Below are positions 63,628 to 64,000 of a stretch of DNA of 64,000 nt, one piece after another (position 1 is the first letter of the stretch; each line of letters opens with the position of its first letter). The notes below the pieces were generated by a model. It was given only the letters and a program-made list of their open reading frames with translations. It was not told the DNA's origin and did not search any database. The stretch comes from Mustelus asterias (taxonomy: Eukaryota): positions 60,140,001 to 60,204,000 of the forward strand of contig NC_135813.1 in NCBI RefSeq assembly GCF_964213995.1, given 5' to 3'. Position numbers and translations under genes: made by a program.

Positions 63628-64000
63628 GGTCTGCAAGTTTCTTGGTCTGTACAGTTCAGTACCACACTAGAGTGCAATTGCTTACTGAGAAGACAGGATA
63701 AAACACAGCATTTCTAAAATTCTGCAGATCAAACAGAACTATACTGCTTGCAAAATACTGGTCACATTCTGATTACGTATGGAGATAACTTCAGCCATTC
63801 TTCAGTGTTTTAATGCTGTTGTCACACAGTAAAGATTTCTGCCTGAAGTGTTAAATTATCTTTCTCCAAGTTGCTGATTGCACTGTGCTTACCAAGACAG
63901 TTGACTCCCACTGGCTACTGGAAGAGTTGTGCACAGGACCCAGCAAATCTTTACACAACTCCCTTAGTCGAGGCTCAAATCCTGCAATCAGAAGCAAGAG

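Overview
Eukaryotic, repeat-rich genomic DNA, most likely from a cartilaginous fish (shark). The evidence is cluster-type immunoglobulin genes, many tRNA-derived V-SINEs of the HE1 type, and CR1 LINEs. The only intact protein-coding genes are two complete Ig light-chain clusters (leader - VJ - C) arranged head-to-head, with start codons about 15.1 kb apart. Cluster A is on the minus strand (L 14376-14427, VJ 13913-14263, C 9762-10090). Cluster B is on the plus strand (L 29536-29584, VJ 29699-30055, C 32873-33201). In both, V and J are already fused in frame in the genomic sequence with no RSS (germline-joined, if the DNA is non-lymphoid). Both have intact GT-AG phase-1 splice sites, an ATTTGCAT octamer promoter and a polyA signal. 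The C domains are lambda/type II-like and about 80% identical. The V domains are only about 50% identical, have different CDR3 lengths, and have an extended CDR2/FR3 reminiscent of VpreB/IGLV5-type domains. The two promoters share a perfect 14-bp CCAAT element. The rest is a nested pile of CR1, Rex1/Babar, RTE and L2/CR1-group LINEs, SINEs, Penelope termini, MITEs and solo LTRs (three followed by ATGT). It also contains several local inverted duplications, CTCF-like motifs 3' of cluster B and a 200-N gap. Identities and alignments were counted by hand, and TE boundaries are approximate.
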